A stretch of DNA of 64,000 nt, from contig JBGUGD010000014.1 of assembly GCA_041697335.1 (NCBI GenBank), positions 81,802 through 145,801 on the forward strand. Reading direction: 5' to 3'. Shown here piece after piece: positions 20,346 to 30,203 of this stretch. This DNA comes from Vampirovibrionaceae bacterium NZW_1234. GTDB lineage: Bacteria > Cyanobacteriota > Vampirovibrionia > Vampirovibrionales > JAGQHJ01. The notes under the pieces are model-generated. The model was not told where the DNA came from. It did not search any database and saw only the letters and a program-made list of their open reading frames with translations. A program made the translations under genes and the position numbers. Numbering within the stretch: the first letter of the stretch is position 1; the number at the start of each line of letters is the position of its first letter.

Positions 20346-21212
20346 CTAGGGAGCCGCCGGGGGTGATAAGGGCTGCATGGCGGGCTCTGAGGGTTGCTCC
20401 TCATCGGGGTTCGTAATGACTTTCCCGGTGACCGACAAGACCGGCCCGGAAGGATCATGACCGATAATCACGGGCTTTTCCCTGGGCTGACTCAAGGCCT
20501 CTGCCAGTTGCGCCGAATCAATTTCGGCGCCGGGAAACATCCGGCTGATTTGCTGTTGCACCTTGGCCAAGGACGGCGGGGCTTTGCCAAAGAAATCGGG
20601 AAACACAGACACGGCCACATCGTTGTTATCATCGCGCCCGACCAGAACGGTGTCATAGGTCACGGTCACCGGCGTGCCCATGGGCACCAGATCAAAGAGT
20701 TCCTCGGAATCCCGAATGTGCATGCGAATACACCCATGGGAGCTGAACTGGCCCACAGAGGAGGGTGCGTTGGTCCCGTGGATGCCGTACTCTCCCCCGT
20801 TAAACTCTAAAAACCCTATCCACCGGGTTCCCAGAGGATTGCTCTTCGGGGTCCGGGATCGGCCTGGCGGGGCAAAGGGATTTTCAAACTGCGGATCAAT
20901 CACCTTGCGAATGACACTGTAATTGCCCATGGGCGTGGGAAACTTGGACACCCCAACACCAATCGGGTAGCTTTTAAACACCTGGGTCCCATTGAAGAGC
21001 CACATGGTGCGCGCCGGAATATTAATCACAATATGGGGCTGGGGCAACGGATTCCGGGCCCATGCCAAAGGACCGGAGCCGACGAGGATCATCACCATCA
21101 ACACCAGCGCAAGAACACGGACCATAAGGCTGGTGGGGGTGGGAATCCAGAGGGAATGAAATGCCTTTTTCATCATCATCTCGTCGTTACTCTCAGGTGG
21201 GTTCTCAGGCAA
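20346..21212 (-). CDS. L,D-transpeptidase (YkuD family)
   Basis: IVINIP, YPIGVG, TPMG, NPLGTRW, YGIHGTN, SHGCIRM; signal peptide. Confidence 0.93.
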   Translation of the reverse strand: MPENPPESNDEMMMKKAFHSLWIPTPTSLMVRVLALVLMVMILVGSGPLAWARNPLPQPHIVINIPARTMWLFNGTQVFKSYPIGVGVSKFPTPMGNYSVIRKVIDPQFENPFAPPGRSRTPKSNPLGTRWIGFLEFNGGEYGIHGTNAPSSVGQFSSHGCIRMHIRDSEELFDLVPMGTPVTVTYDTVLVGRDDNNDVAVSVFPDFFGKAPPSLAKVQQQISRMFPGAEIDSAQLAEALSQPREKPVIIGHDPSGPVLSVTGKVITNPDEEQPSEPAMQPLSPPAAP

Positions 21213-21322
21213 TCACGAATCTTCTCATATCCAAGGCCGAGGAGCCGTCACTCTATTTTTTACTTTCGGCGAAATTCACCGGTTCTACAGGTCCTTAACA
21301 GAGAAAACCGAATCCGGTCTTC

Positions 21323-23251
21323 CTACCAGTATCCACGAACCTTGGTGGCTCTTTCAACCTTTTTAAAGACGTGCTGTTTACGCTTTATCTCGTCCAGATC
21401 TTTCTCTAAGCGAGAACGAATGGCCGTCTCCGGGTTGTCGCCTTGCTTGGCCAGGAAAATGCTGGGCTGATCCATGGCCTGGGCAATTTGAAGCGGTGAG
21501 CCTTCGAAAACCAACAACGGTCCGGCCTGCTCCGGGATCGGGGTTCCGGCTTCCGGCGGGGGTACCTGAGGCGGAACTTCCGGCGGATTCTCCGGCGGCG
21601 GCGGAGGCGGCGGTGGGGGTGGTGGAGGCACATTACAGACCTTGGGTTTGGGAGCAAAGCCCAATTCACCGGCCTTGGCAATCTCAATCTTTTTGCAAGG
21701 GCCGCAACCCACGATATTGCCTAAACCGCCTTTGACACTAAACTTGTTTCCATTGGCCAGGAAAACATAGGGGTTGGGGGTTTCAATACGCCCGCCCTGA
21801 CCACCGTTGCCCCGGCTTCCGGGTAAAATACCGCCATCACCGCCATTGCCACCTGTGGCAATAACTTTTCCGGTTGCTTCCCCGGTCACGGTTTCATCAA
21901 AGCTGGAAATACCAATAAAGCCACCGTTGCCACCATTGCCACCACGGCCGAAAAGGGCATTGGTGTCGCCCCCGTTACCGCCCTTGGCTTCCACGGTACC
22001 GGAATTATGCATGTGGTGTGGGGCTACAAAGTAGATTTTTCCGCCATCGCCGCCTTCACCGCCTTGGAAGCCCGTGGCGCCATCGGCCCCATTGGCTTGC
22101 ACCAGACCCTGGTTAATGACATCGCCACTGTAGGTGGATTCCAGGTTCTGTAAACTGGTTGCCAAGCGGGTTCCGTCCTGTTGGGAGAAAATGGCGTTGT
22201 TGCCTTGCGAGGCGTTTTGCACAGCGGTAATCGCAGTTGCATTCTCAGCGTTGTCGGTTGCAATGATACGAATCACACCGCCATCGGAGGCTGGAGCATT
22301 GCTGGCCGACGGAGCCGGAATGGAGGCCAGATGCTGATGCGTATTAATCAAGGCAATATCACTGTTCCCGGCCTTGGGATCGTTCTTGGCCATCCCGTTG
22401 GCACGGATAATACCGGAGTTGTTGACCAGGCCGCCCTCAATGTGAATGACGCTGGCATCATAGTTGATGACCCGACCGGAAGCATCCAGGTAGGCACCGG
22501 CTTGGACGTTAACCGACCCGGTGGCTTTAATATCAATCTTTCCGGCATTGCCGCCAAAGCCCATCGCCGTAATCTTGGCTTGAGGACCAAAGGTGGCCGC
22601 CCCGACGTTGAAGGACACCTGACCGCCATTGACCCCGTTGGCAAAGACGTTACCGGTCTGATAGAGGTAGGCGGAATTAATGGTGACGCTGCCACCATTG
22701 CCGGTGTAGAACGTGCCATTTTTAATGGCGCTGACATCAATCGTTCCGTCCACTCGGACAACGCCGCCCGGGGCATTAAAGACCATCCGACCGCCATTGC
22801 CGGTGGGGATTCCGGCAGCGTTGGATTCCAGGCCTCGGACAACCACCCCGGCACCAACCACCAGGTTGCCGCCCGGGTTTTGAAACACGGTCTGGCCAGT
22901 GGGGGTATTGTAGTACACCCCGCCCTGAATGTTCTGTCCGGTATTGACGGAGTTCACATCACCAGGGGCGCCTTGTGCCATAGGCACAGCCGCAATGGCC
23001 ATACTCATTGCCACGGTCACCGGTAAAATTACCCGTTGAACGGTGGCTAATTCTAAACGCTTTGCCAAATGGTCGTTGTCATCTTCGGTCTGCAGCCACA
23101 TGGACTGGTAGGATGCAAAAGGCATCGCATATTGAACCGGAGCCGAAACAGGATGTTCAAGAATACCGTGCATTTCGCTGGAAACAGCAAATCGAGCCGC
23201 CATGGCAGCTTTTTGCATTTTCAGTTGTCGACGCTGTTTCTTACGACTCAT
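21323..23251 (-). CDS. Secreted Gly/Asn-rich haemagglutinin-like (predicted beta-helix) protein with Pro-rich linker
   Basis: Extended N-region then a signal-like hydrophobic stretch ending AQG; repeated GNGG.I/V and IDVSA/LDASG turns; GGNGG repeats; poly-Pro. ATG at 23251 follows AGGAAAGAAGAGAG. Confidence 0.75.
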   Translation of the reverse strand: MSRKKQRRQLKMQKAAMAARFAVSSEMHGILEHPVSAPVQYAMPFASYQSMWLQTEDDNDHLAKRLELATVQRVILPVTVAMSMAIAAVPMAQGAPGDVNSVNTGQNIQGGVYYNTPTGQTVFQNPGGNLVVGAGVVVRGLESNAAGIPTGNGGRMVFNAPGGVVRVDGTIDVSAIKNGTFYTGNGGSVTINSAYLYQTGNVFANGVNGGQVSFNVGAATFGPQAKITAMGFGGNAGKIDIKATGSVNVQAGAYLDASGRVINYDASVIHIEGGLVNNSGIIRANGMAKNDPKAGNSDIALINTHQHLASIPAPSASNAPASDGGVIRIIATDNAENATAITAVQNASQGNNAIFSQQDGTRLATSLQNLESTYSGDVINQGLVQANGADGATGFQGGEGGDGGKIYFVAPHHMHNSGTVEAKGGNGGDTNALFGRGGNGGNGGFIGISSFDETVTGEATGKVIATGGNGGDGGILPGSRGNGGQGGRIETPNPYVFLANGNKFSVKGGLGNIVGCGPCKKIEIAKAGELGFAPKPKVCNVPPPPPPPPPPPPENPPEVPPQVPPPEAGTPIPEQAGPLLVFEGSPLQIAQAMDQPSIFLAKQGDNPETAIRSRLEKDLDEIKRKQHVFKKVERATKVRGYW

Positions 23252-23649
23252 ACTCTCTTCTTTCCTAACGGGGCCAAGTAACGACAAACTACCGTTTTTA
23301 TATTCTATATATAGATAAAAACAAATATTTGATTAATATTGTTATCACATTAACAAATATTACAGCCCAAGCATTTTTTCTGACCGCTCGGCCAAACCCA
23401 CCGGGTCTTTACCCTAATGCGCACCCACCCGGCCCAAGCCCACTCTATCCAGACCAACCCCTTGCAGAATTCAGACATTGACTTCCCACCAAACCCCAAA
23501 AGCCTTATTACGTTTGAATTCAGCCCCCTGCGGGAATAATACACTAAAACCCCAAGCCGCTCCCCGCCTTTGTGCCTTCTTTCACCGGCATTTCAAGAAA
23601 TTCGCCGAACGGTCAACATCCCCCAACCCCAAGTGGAACCCGCAGAAAC

Positions 23650-23968
23650 TGAGTAAAAATGAGTAAACCTGAGTAAAAATCCGCAAATCAATCAAAGATG
23701 AGTAAAAATGAGTAAAAATCCCCCAAATCAAACCAAAGATGAGTAAAAACTGAGTAGAAATCCGCCAAATCAAACCAAAGATGAGTAAAAAATGAGTAGA
23801 AATCCGTCAAAACAAACCAAACATGAGTAAAAATGAGTAGAAATCCGTCAAAACAAACCAAACATAAGTAAAAATGAGTAGAAATCCCCCAAATCAAATC
23901 AAAAATGAGTAGAAATGAGTAAAAATCTGCCAAACCCAATCAAACGTGAGTAAAACGCAGTAGAAACC
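23650..23968. repeat. Tandem array of about 7.5 units of 39-42 bp
   Basis: Consensus TGAGTAAAAA TGAGTAGAAA TCCGCCAAATCAAACCAAAGA; units start at 23660, 23699, 23740, 23782, 23824, 23865, 23906, 23947. Confidence 0.95.
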
Positions 23969-23989
23969 AGCCGATAGGACAAAGACGTT

Positions 23990-24469
23990 TTAACTCACCG
24001 TCTCCGCCTGGGACCCACTGAGCCACTGATCCAGGCTAAAGGGTGTCCGGGGCTTCCAAACCAGATAGGCTGCGGCCAACAGAAACAGCACGTCCCGGAT
24101 CACCAGGGCTGGGCCCACCGGCTCAGACACCCCGCCAATGTAACACCCACAGTCCGGCGTTTCGCCTCGGGCCAGCACCATCCCGATGGCCACCAGAAAA
24201 CTCAATAGCTGCAACCCAGTCAACACCGCCGCAAAACGGACGAAAAGCCCGATCAAGAGGTAGACTCCGACCAAAATCTCAGCCCACGGCAAAACCTGGC
24301 TGTAGAAATACGTCAGTGCCGGGGTCAGGACATGATAGCCTTGGGCTGCCTGAACAAAGGCCTCCATGTTTAAAAACTTCTGAACCCCGCTGGACAGAAA
24401 CACCGCCCCCAACACCAATCGCAAGACCAGGGGGAAATAACGCTTGACCGGTTCAAATAAGGGACCCAT
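23990..24469 (-). CDS. DoxX/MauE family membrane protein
   Basis: RLVLGAVFLSSG.QK, LPWAEILVG, DCGCY, RD..FL. Confidence 0.9.
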   Translation of the reverse strand: MGPLFEPVKRYFPLVLRLVLGAVFLSSGVQKFLNMEAFVQAAQGYHVLTPALTYFYSQVLPWAEILVGVYLLIGLFVRFAAVLTGLQLLSFLVAIGMVLARGETPDCGCYIGGVSEPVGPALVIRDVLFLLAAAYLVWKPRTPFSLDQWLSGSQAETVS

Positions 24470-24499
24470 AGTAACTCAAATATCCTATACAATAGAGCT

Positions 24500-25099
24500 A
24501 TGAAGACACATTCCTTACGGACCTCTCTTATTATTGTAACCGCTCTGTACTGTCTTGGGGCGGTCGGGTTTGGAGTCTATCAAACCCAGGCCCATCCGGA
24601 AGCCTATGCCCCCAAGCCGACGGCGGCAGCCCCCTCCGGAGAAGCACCGGCTCCTGAGCCGCCTCCCTTGCCCGTTGGGACCCAGGCCCCGGATTTTACC
24701 CTCACCGATTTGCAGGGCCAACCCCATGCCTTGTCTCATTACCGGAACCAGCAGCAGTGGGTCTTGCTGGAAGTCTTTGCAACCTGGTGCCCGCACTGCC
24801 AGCACAGCGTCCCCATTATGGAAACCTTGAATGCCATGGCCCCGAATAAACTCAAAGTGCTGGCCATCAACGTGGGCGACAAACCCGGAACGGCATCCAC
24901 GGCCAAAGCCTTCCAGGATTATTTCAAACTGACCTACACCATTTTGGATAAACCGACCCCCGAGTTTCTCAAAGACTATAAAGTAGCACGCATTCCGGCC
25001 ACCTACCTGATTCAGCCCGATGGCACCATTGCCTGGGGCCACCAGGGAACCTTAACCCCGGCTCAAGTTGACGAAATCCAACGTCTCGTCAAACCCTAG
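24500..25099 (+). CDS. TlpA/ResA-like thiol-disulfide oxidoreductase
   Basis: N-terminal TM anchor, APDFTL, FATWCPHC, IPATYLI..DG. Confidence 0.92.
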   Translation: MKTHSLRTSLIIVTALYCLGAVGFGVYQTQAHPEAYAPKPTAAAPSGEAPAPEPPPLPVGTQAPDFTLTDLQGQPHALSHYRNQQQWVLLEVFATWCPHCQHSVPIMETLNAMAPNKLKVLAINVGDKPGTASTAKAFQDYFKLTYTILDKPTPEFLKDYKVARIPATYLIQPDGTIAWGHQGTLTPAQVDEIQRLVKP

Positions 25100-25643
25100 C
25101 CCGCCCCCTCTTTTGTCGGCCTAGGCGCGTTTGACTCGGAGCTTGTTTATACATCCAAAAAAATTGATTATGTTTTGCCGAGACCTGTCATCAAACCCAA
25201 CGCCAATGCGTTTATACAACTAGAGACACGCAAAGAGTTAAGGGGTCTGTATGAGAGTGAATGTTCATGAGACTTTTGCTGAAACATCCGCGCAACACGC
25301 CAAGGAATTAGTGGTTTATTCCTTAAAATCGATTTTGTCGACGGTCTTGAGCCATCAATACTCGACCCCGTTGGGCTATCTGATGGAAACGCCCTCGACG
25401 CAGAATTAATACCGGTCTGCTTCTCCTTTTTTCTCCTTTCCTTTTCACCTCGTTCCTCCAGATTTCCGGGTCACTCGACTCACCTGACCCACGACCTGGA
25501 AGTCTCGATCGCATGGACACCTCGGCTGCCCGACCTACCCGGCCGAGGTGTTCGCATACCCCTCTAAAATACATTTGATAGAGGGTCATTCCGAAAACTT
25601 CAGCCTCCATAATGATTTAAATTACCAACAAACATTTTTTATA

Positions 25644-26273
25644 ATGGTTATCGATTTAGGCCTTCCCTATTCCGAAATTTCAGCCTCACACACCCATACG
25701 TATCTGTGGAAACCCATAGTCAAACTGATCCGGGAAAATCTAAAGAATACGGATTCCCCTATACTCGACTGTGGATGTGGTAATGGCGCGTTTACAGCGC
25801 AATTGCTTCAACAGGGATTAAATGCCTATGGGATTGATAATTCCACCTCCGGCATCGCCTTAGCGAAAGATCACTTTGATGCAGCCCGCTTTGCTGTTGG
25901 CTCAGCATATGCCCCTATTCCGCAAGAGCTCAGTCATCAGACGTTTGATTTGATCGTTTCTCTTGAAGTCATCGAGCATTTGATTTCACCCCAGCAATTT
26001 ATTAAAAACCTGTATGACGCTCTGAACCCTGGTGGCATTTTAATCCTGACAACACCGTATCATGGCTATCTCAAAAATCTTTGCATCGCTGTAACGAATA
26101 AATTCGATAGTCACTTTGACCCACTCTGGGAAGGCGGGCACATTAAATTCTGGTCGTTCAAAACTCTCTCGAAGTTGCTTGAAGAGAACCACTTTAAGGT
26201 TATTCAGCATAAAGGAGCAGGGAGGGTGCCCTATTTATGGAAATCCATGATTCTGGTAGCAACAAAAGACTAA
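25644..26273 (+). CDS. Class I SAM-dependent methyltransferase (UbiG-like)
   Basis: ILDCGCGNG, GIDNS, FDLIVSLEVIEHL, LNPGG, TTPYHGYLKN, GGHIKFWS. The ORF is open from 25548. Confidence 0.88.
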   Translation: MVIDLGLPYSEISASHTHTYLWKPIVKLIRENLKNTDSPILDCGCGNGAFTAQLLQQGLNAYGIDNSTSGIALAKDHFDAARFAVGSAYAPIPQELSHQTFDLIVSLEVIEHLISPQQFIKNLYDALNPGGILILTTPYHGYLKNLCIAVTNKFDSHFDPLWEGGHIKFWSFKTLSKLLEENHFKVIQHKGAGRVPYLWKSMILVATKD

Positions 26274-26275
26274 CA

Positions 26276-26317
26276 ATAACCCCTTAAAGTAGCCTTAATG
26301 GCACTTCAAGGGGTTAT
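26276..26317. terminator. Hairpin between the convergent methyltransferase and prpC
   Basis: ATAACCCCTT...AAGGGGTTAT, 10-bp perfect inverted repeat. Confidence 0.55.
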
Positions 26318-26342
26318 GTATTTCCGTCAAGAACGCGTGAAA

Positions 26343-27473
26343 TTATCGCTGGTCGAGGGCGATGAATTCGCGGTGTTTGGGGCCTTCATAGATGGACTTC
26401 GGGCGGATCAGGCGGTTGTTGTCCAACTGCTCGATGACGTGGGCGGCCCAACCGGCAATCCGACTGGCTGCAAACATCGGGGTGTACAGCGGAATCGGCA
26501 GACCCATCAAGTAGTAAATGTAAGAAGTGGGGAAATCGACGTTGGGGAAGATGTTCTTCTCACGCAACATCACTTCTTCCACTTTGGAAGCCATCTGGTG
26601 CCATTTGGTGTCGTTGAGTTCACGGGACAACTCTTCGCCCATCTGCTTCAACAACGGCGCCCGGGTGTCGCCTTTTTTGTAAACCCGGTGGCCAAAGCCC
26701 ATAATCTTATGCTTGCGAGCCAAGGCGTCCATAATCCAGGGTTCGGCGTTTTCGACGGTGCCAATTTCCTGGAGCATCTTCATGGCCTCTTCATTGGCTC
26801 CCCCGTGGAGCGACCCTTTCAAGGTGCCGATAGCGGCCGTAATGGCAGAGTGCATGTCCGATAAAGTGGAGCTGGTCACCCGGGCACAGAAGGTGGAGGC
26901 GTTAAACCCATGCTCGGCATACAGAATAAAGGTGGCATCCAGGATACGGCCCACCAGCTCAGACGGCTTCTCGCCTTTCAACATGTAGAAAAAGTTGGCC
27001 GCATGGCCCAATTCCGGACTCGGTTGAATGGGCTCCTGACCATTAAAAATCCGATAGGCCGCAGTAATAATGGTCGGCATTTTGGCCGTCAGCCGGATGG
27101 CTTTTTCCACATTGGCCTCGTGAGACAAGTCCTGAGCCTGCGGATCGAAATGCGCCAGTAGGGACACACAGGAGCGCAACACGTCCATATAGTTACTGGT
27201 TTTGGGCAGAGAGCGGATCAGGGAAACCACTTCAGCCGGCAAGGCAGCGTGTTCTTTCAGCTTACGCTGGAACTCGGCCAATTGGGCTTTGTTGGGCAAA
27301 TCTTCATGCAACAGGAGGTACGCCACTTCTTCGTAGGTGGCTTTGTGGGCCAAGTCACGAATCTCGTACCCGCGATAAGTCAAGCTGTCGATATCGGGAT
27401 TGACTTGGGAAATCTTACTGACGCCGGCAATAACACCTTCTAAGCCGGGACTGTAGGTTTGTGTTGCTTCCAT
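26343..27473 (-). CDS. prpC: 2-methylcitrate synthase / citrate synthase
   Basis: GLEGV, LTYRGY, YAEHGFNAST, LHGGANE, GFGHRVYK, PNVDF, IRP; operonic with prpD and prpB. Confidence 0.88.
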   Translation of the reverse strand: MEATQTYSPGLEGVIAGVSKISQVNPDIDSLTYRGYEIRDLAHKATYEEVAYLLLHEDLPNKAQLAEFQRKLKEHAALPAEVVSLIRSLPKTSNYMDVLRSCVSLLAHFDPQAQDLSHEANVEKAIRLTAKMPTIITAAYRIFNGQEPIQPSPELGHAANFFYMLKGEKPSELVGRILDATFILYAEHGFNASTFCARVTSSTLSDMHSAITAAIGTLKGSLHGGANEEAMKMLQEIGTVENAEPWIMDALARKHKIMGFGHRVYKKGDTRAPLLKQMGEELSRELNDTKWHQMASKVEEVMLREKNIFPNVDFPTSYIYYLMGLPIPLYTPMFAASRIAGWAAHVIEQLDNNRLIRPKSIYEGPKHREFIALDQR

Positions 27474-27501
27474 CTGTCTGCTCCTCGCTTACATCAAAAT
27501 C

Positions 27502-28437
27502 TTATTTCTGTAGCACGTTGGACGGGTCTTCCGATGACCGATAGGATAAACACTGTCTTGACAGTTGCTTATCCAGGGTATCGTAACCGGGATAGTCAAT
27601 CAACTGGTAAAGTTCCTGACGTGTCTGCATGCGATCCAAAAACCCCCGTTGTGTTCCGGTCTCCTTAAGTTCAACTAACACATCCCGGACCGCCTTCATC
27701 ATGACACGAAAGGCCGTCATCGGAAAGATGACGATCTTGTAGCCCAAGGCATCGAAATCCTGGGCTGAGAGGTAGGGGCTCTTTCCAAACTCGGTCATAT
27801 TGGCCAGAAGCGGCACTTGAACCGCTTTGGCAAAGCGGGCGAACTCGTCTTCAGACTGCATGGCCTCGGGAAAGATCATATCGGCTCCGGCCTCGACATA
27901 GGCTTTGGCTCGGGCAATGGCATCATCCAGATCGGTGACGGCACGGGCATCGACCCGACCGATAATGACAAAATCCGGATTCTGTCGAGCCTGAACGGCA
28001 GCCGCAATACGGGTCTGCATCTCTTCGATGGAGACCACTTGCTTGCCTTCCAGGTGGCCACAGCGTTTGGGCGCCACCTGATCCTCCAGATGGACCCCGG
28101 CAATGCCGGCCCGCTCAAACTCCTGAATGGTGCGAATCACTTGCATCCCTTCACCATAGCCGGTATCGGCATCGCAAATCACCGGAATATCCACGGCGCT
28201 CGCCACATAGCCAGCAAATTGGACCACTTCGGTCATGGTCAACAGGCCGATGTCCGGGTAGCCGGTCATGCCATTAATCAGCCCGGCACCGGTCAGGTAG
28301 ACCCCTTCAAAGCCGACGTCCTGGATTTGCTTTGCCGTAATGGCGTTAAAGGCACCGGGCATGACCAAAATGCCCGGTTGATTTAACCGTTGACGAAGGG
28401 CCTTAGCCATCTGGGTTTTGGGACGATTGAGTGACAT
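27502..28437 (-). CDS. prpB: 2-methylisocitrate lyase
   Basis: PDIGL, DADTGYG, LEDQVAPKRCGH, ANMTEFGKSP, MQTRQELY. Confidence 0.95.
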   Translation of the reverse strand: MSLNRPKTQMAKALRQRLNQPGILVMPGAFNAITAKQIQDVGFEGVYLTGAGLINGMTGYPDIGLLTMTEVVQFAGYVASAVDIPVICDADTGYGEGMQVIRTIQEFERAGIAGVHLEDQVAPKRCGHLEGKQVVSIEEMQTRIAAAVQARQNPDFVIIGRVDARAVTDLDDAIARAKAYVEAGADMIFPEAMQSEDEFARFAKAVQVPLLANMTEFGKSPYLSAQDFDALGYKIVIFPMTAFRVMMKAVRDVLVELKETGTQRGFLDRMQTRQELYQLIDYPGYDTLDKQLSRQCLSYRSSEDPSNVLQK

Positions 28438-28441
28438 CGGC

Positions 28442-29842
28442 TTAGACCGCAAAGGCTTCAAGGATACTGCCGATTTCATCCTGCTCATCAAGGTGCCACA
28501 GCTCGTCGAGCACATAGTCGATTTGGGACTTGGACAGCACCCGAGAGGCCAGACGACGGAATTTGTCCTCCACTTCCTTGTCGGTCATGGGGTTTTGGGC
28601 ATGACCACGGGGGTAGGTCACTTGCTTCGAAAGGACACGCCCGTCTTTCAAGGTGATTTTCAGCAGGTTGGGAATGCCTTCGGGATAGAGCTTGGTCAGC
28701 TCGGCATTGCGATGCATCCGGATCTTCTGGATCAGCTGGCTGATCTGCGGGTTGGCCAGGTGAGCATCATCAAACTGCTCCAGATCCACCTGCCCGTCAA
28801 TCAGAGCCACGGCAACACAGTAGGGCATGCTGTGGTCGGCGGTTTCACGGCTTTTGGGGAACCATTTTTCCTCTTCCCCGCCAATAATATCGACCGCGGC
28901 ATCAAAGGAGTCGATGTCGATGCTGACGATATCCTCAACATTGCCGATTTCCTCACGCAACTGGAGGGCCGCATCAATGGCGCTTTGAGAGTGGTACTCG
29001 GCAGGCCAGAACTTGATGCTGGTCTTGTTAATCATGTAGGGCTCACCGTTGATGCCGCCAAAGGGCGCCAGTTCAAAGGGACCGGACACTTGTTTCTTGA
29101 AACCCATTTCGCCTTCAAAGATATGAGACGGACCACTCATCCCATGCCATGCCAAGCGAGAGGCAAAGACAGCGTTGCGAGAGGCATTGGCAAAGGCAGC
29201 ACCTTTCCAGTGAGACAATTCACCCACACGGGTTTGGCGCATAGTCACATTGGGAACGCCAGACAGGGCAACCGCGTGGCGGGTTTCCTCGGGGGTCAGT
29301 TCCAGAATTTTAGCGGCCCCTAACACTGCCGAGAAAGCACCGTAAGTGACATGATCCCAGCCCCGGGCGCGAATGCTGGCTGCATCACACAGACGGCATT
29401 GCACTTCATAGGCAAGGACAATGGCGGTAATAATTTCACGCCCGGAAGCCATTTCCGGATCGGCAACGGCCAGAACGGCAGCGATGTTATCGCTGGGATG
29501 CGCCGGCTCCAGGGACAGGTAAGTGTCATTGTAATCCAGGTAGCGCATCAGAACGCCATTGGCAAAAGCGGCCATTTCCGGCGAGGTCTGATGAAACGAG
29601 CCGATGATGGTAGAGCCATAAGAAGGCGCTTCCACCGTATGGGCCAAGGCTCGGGCAATTTTGCCGGGTTCGCCCAGATAAGCGCCCATTGCACAGCCAA
29701 AAGCATCAATCACACGGCGCTTGGCCTCGTGAATGGCTTCCGGGGTCAGCTTTTCGTAGGTCAATTGCTGGCTGTAATTTACCAGATACTCAACAACGGA
29801 ATCCTTTTCCGTGACGGCCTTTTTCTCTGCAATGGTGGTCAT
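28442..29842 (-). CDS. prpD: 2-methylcitrate dehydratase (MmgE/PrpD)
   Basis: RYLDYNDTY...HPSDN, GWDH, R.GELSHWKG, PAEYHSQ, RETADHS.PY. Confidence 0.95.
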   Translation of the reverse strand: MTTIAEKKAVTEKDSVVEYLVNYSQQLTYEKLTPEAIHEAKRRVIDAFGCAMGAYLGEPGKIARALAHTVEAPSYGSTIIGSFHQTSPEMAAFANGVLMRYLDYNDTYLSLEPAHPSDNIAAVLAVADPEMASGREIITAIVLAYEVQCRLCDAASIRARGWDHVTYGAFSAVLGAAKILELTPEETRHAVALSGVPNVTMRQTRVGELSHWKGAAFANASRNAVFASRLAWHGMSGPSHIFEGEMGFKKQVSGPFELAPFGGINGEPYMINKTSIKFWPAEYHSQSAIDAALQLREEIGNVEDIVSIDIDSFDAAVDIIGGEEEKWFPKSRETADHSMPYCVAVALIDGQVDLEQFDDAHLANPQISQLIQKIRMHRNAELTKLYPEGIPNLLKITLKDGRVLSKQVTYPRGHAQNPMTDKEVEDKFRRLASRVLSKSQIDYVLDELWHLDEQDEIGSILEAFAV

Positions 29843-30203
29843 AAAACGCCTTTCTCCTCCATCAATCTTGGGTTGATGTGATTAACCGTATCGTAGAGAT
29901 AGCGTCAAATCAAGGGGGATTCGTGTTTTCGGCCACTTGGGCAAAGGCTTACCCAAGGGTCGAAAGGAACGCCAAAACCCAGACACTGACCATCAAAGCG
30001 CGCAACATCACTTTTACAACCGGACTCATGGAGAGCCGAGGTCAAGTGCTCTTCAGCGATTCACAGGCACTTTGTCCCATCACTCGCATGTGCCTTTCAG
30101 AATTGTCAGCCAGAAGACAGATCACAATTCTTGTTTCTATTACAACTTGAACAGAGTTAGAAATCCGACACCCACGGCAACAAAGAATAGAGAGGATAAC
30201 CCC

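Noticed and set aside
23650..23968. Possible CRISPR array or coding repeat
   Set aside because: The inter-box segments are near-copies of each other rather than unique spacers, there are no cas genes, and unit lengths of 41/42 bp break frame. The overlapping Phe/Leu-rich minus ORFs are by-products.
25100..25640. Unexplained intergenic stretch with a 95-aa minus-strand ORF (25323-25610)
   Set aside because: I found no recognisable domain, terminal repeats or convincing structure, so I cannot support a gene or an element.
26268..26319. Possible integron attC site after the methyltransferase (TAAC...GTTATGT)
   Set aside because: It is too short and lacks the R-spacer-L box geometry, and no integrase or second cassette is present. 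A terminator hairpin is the simpler explanation.
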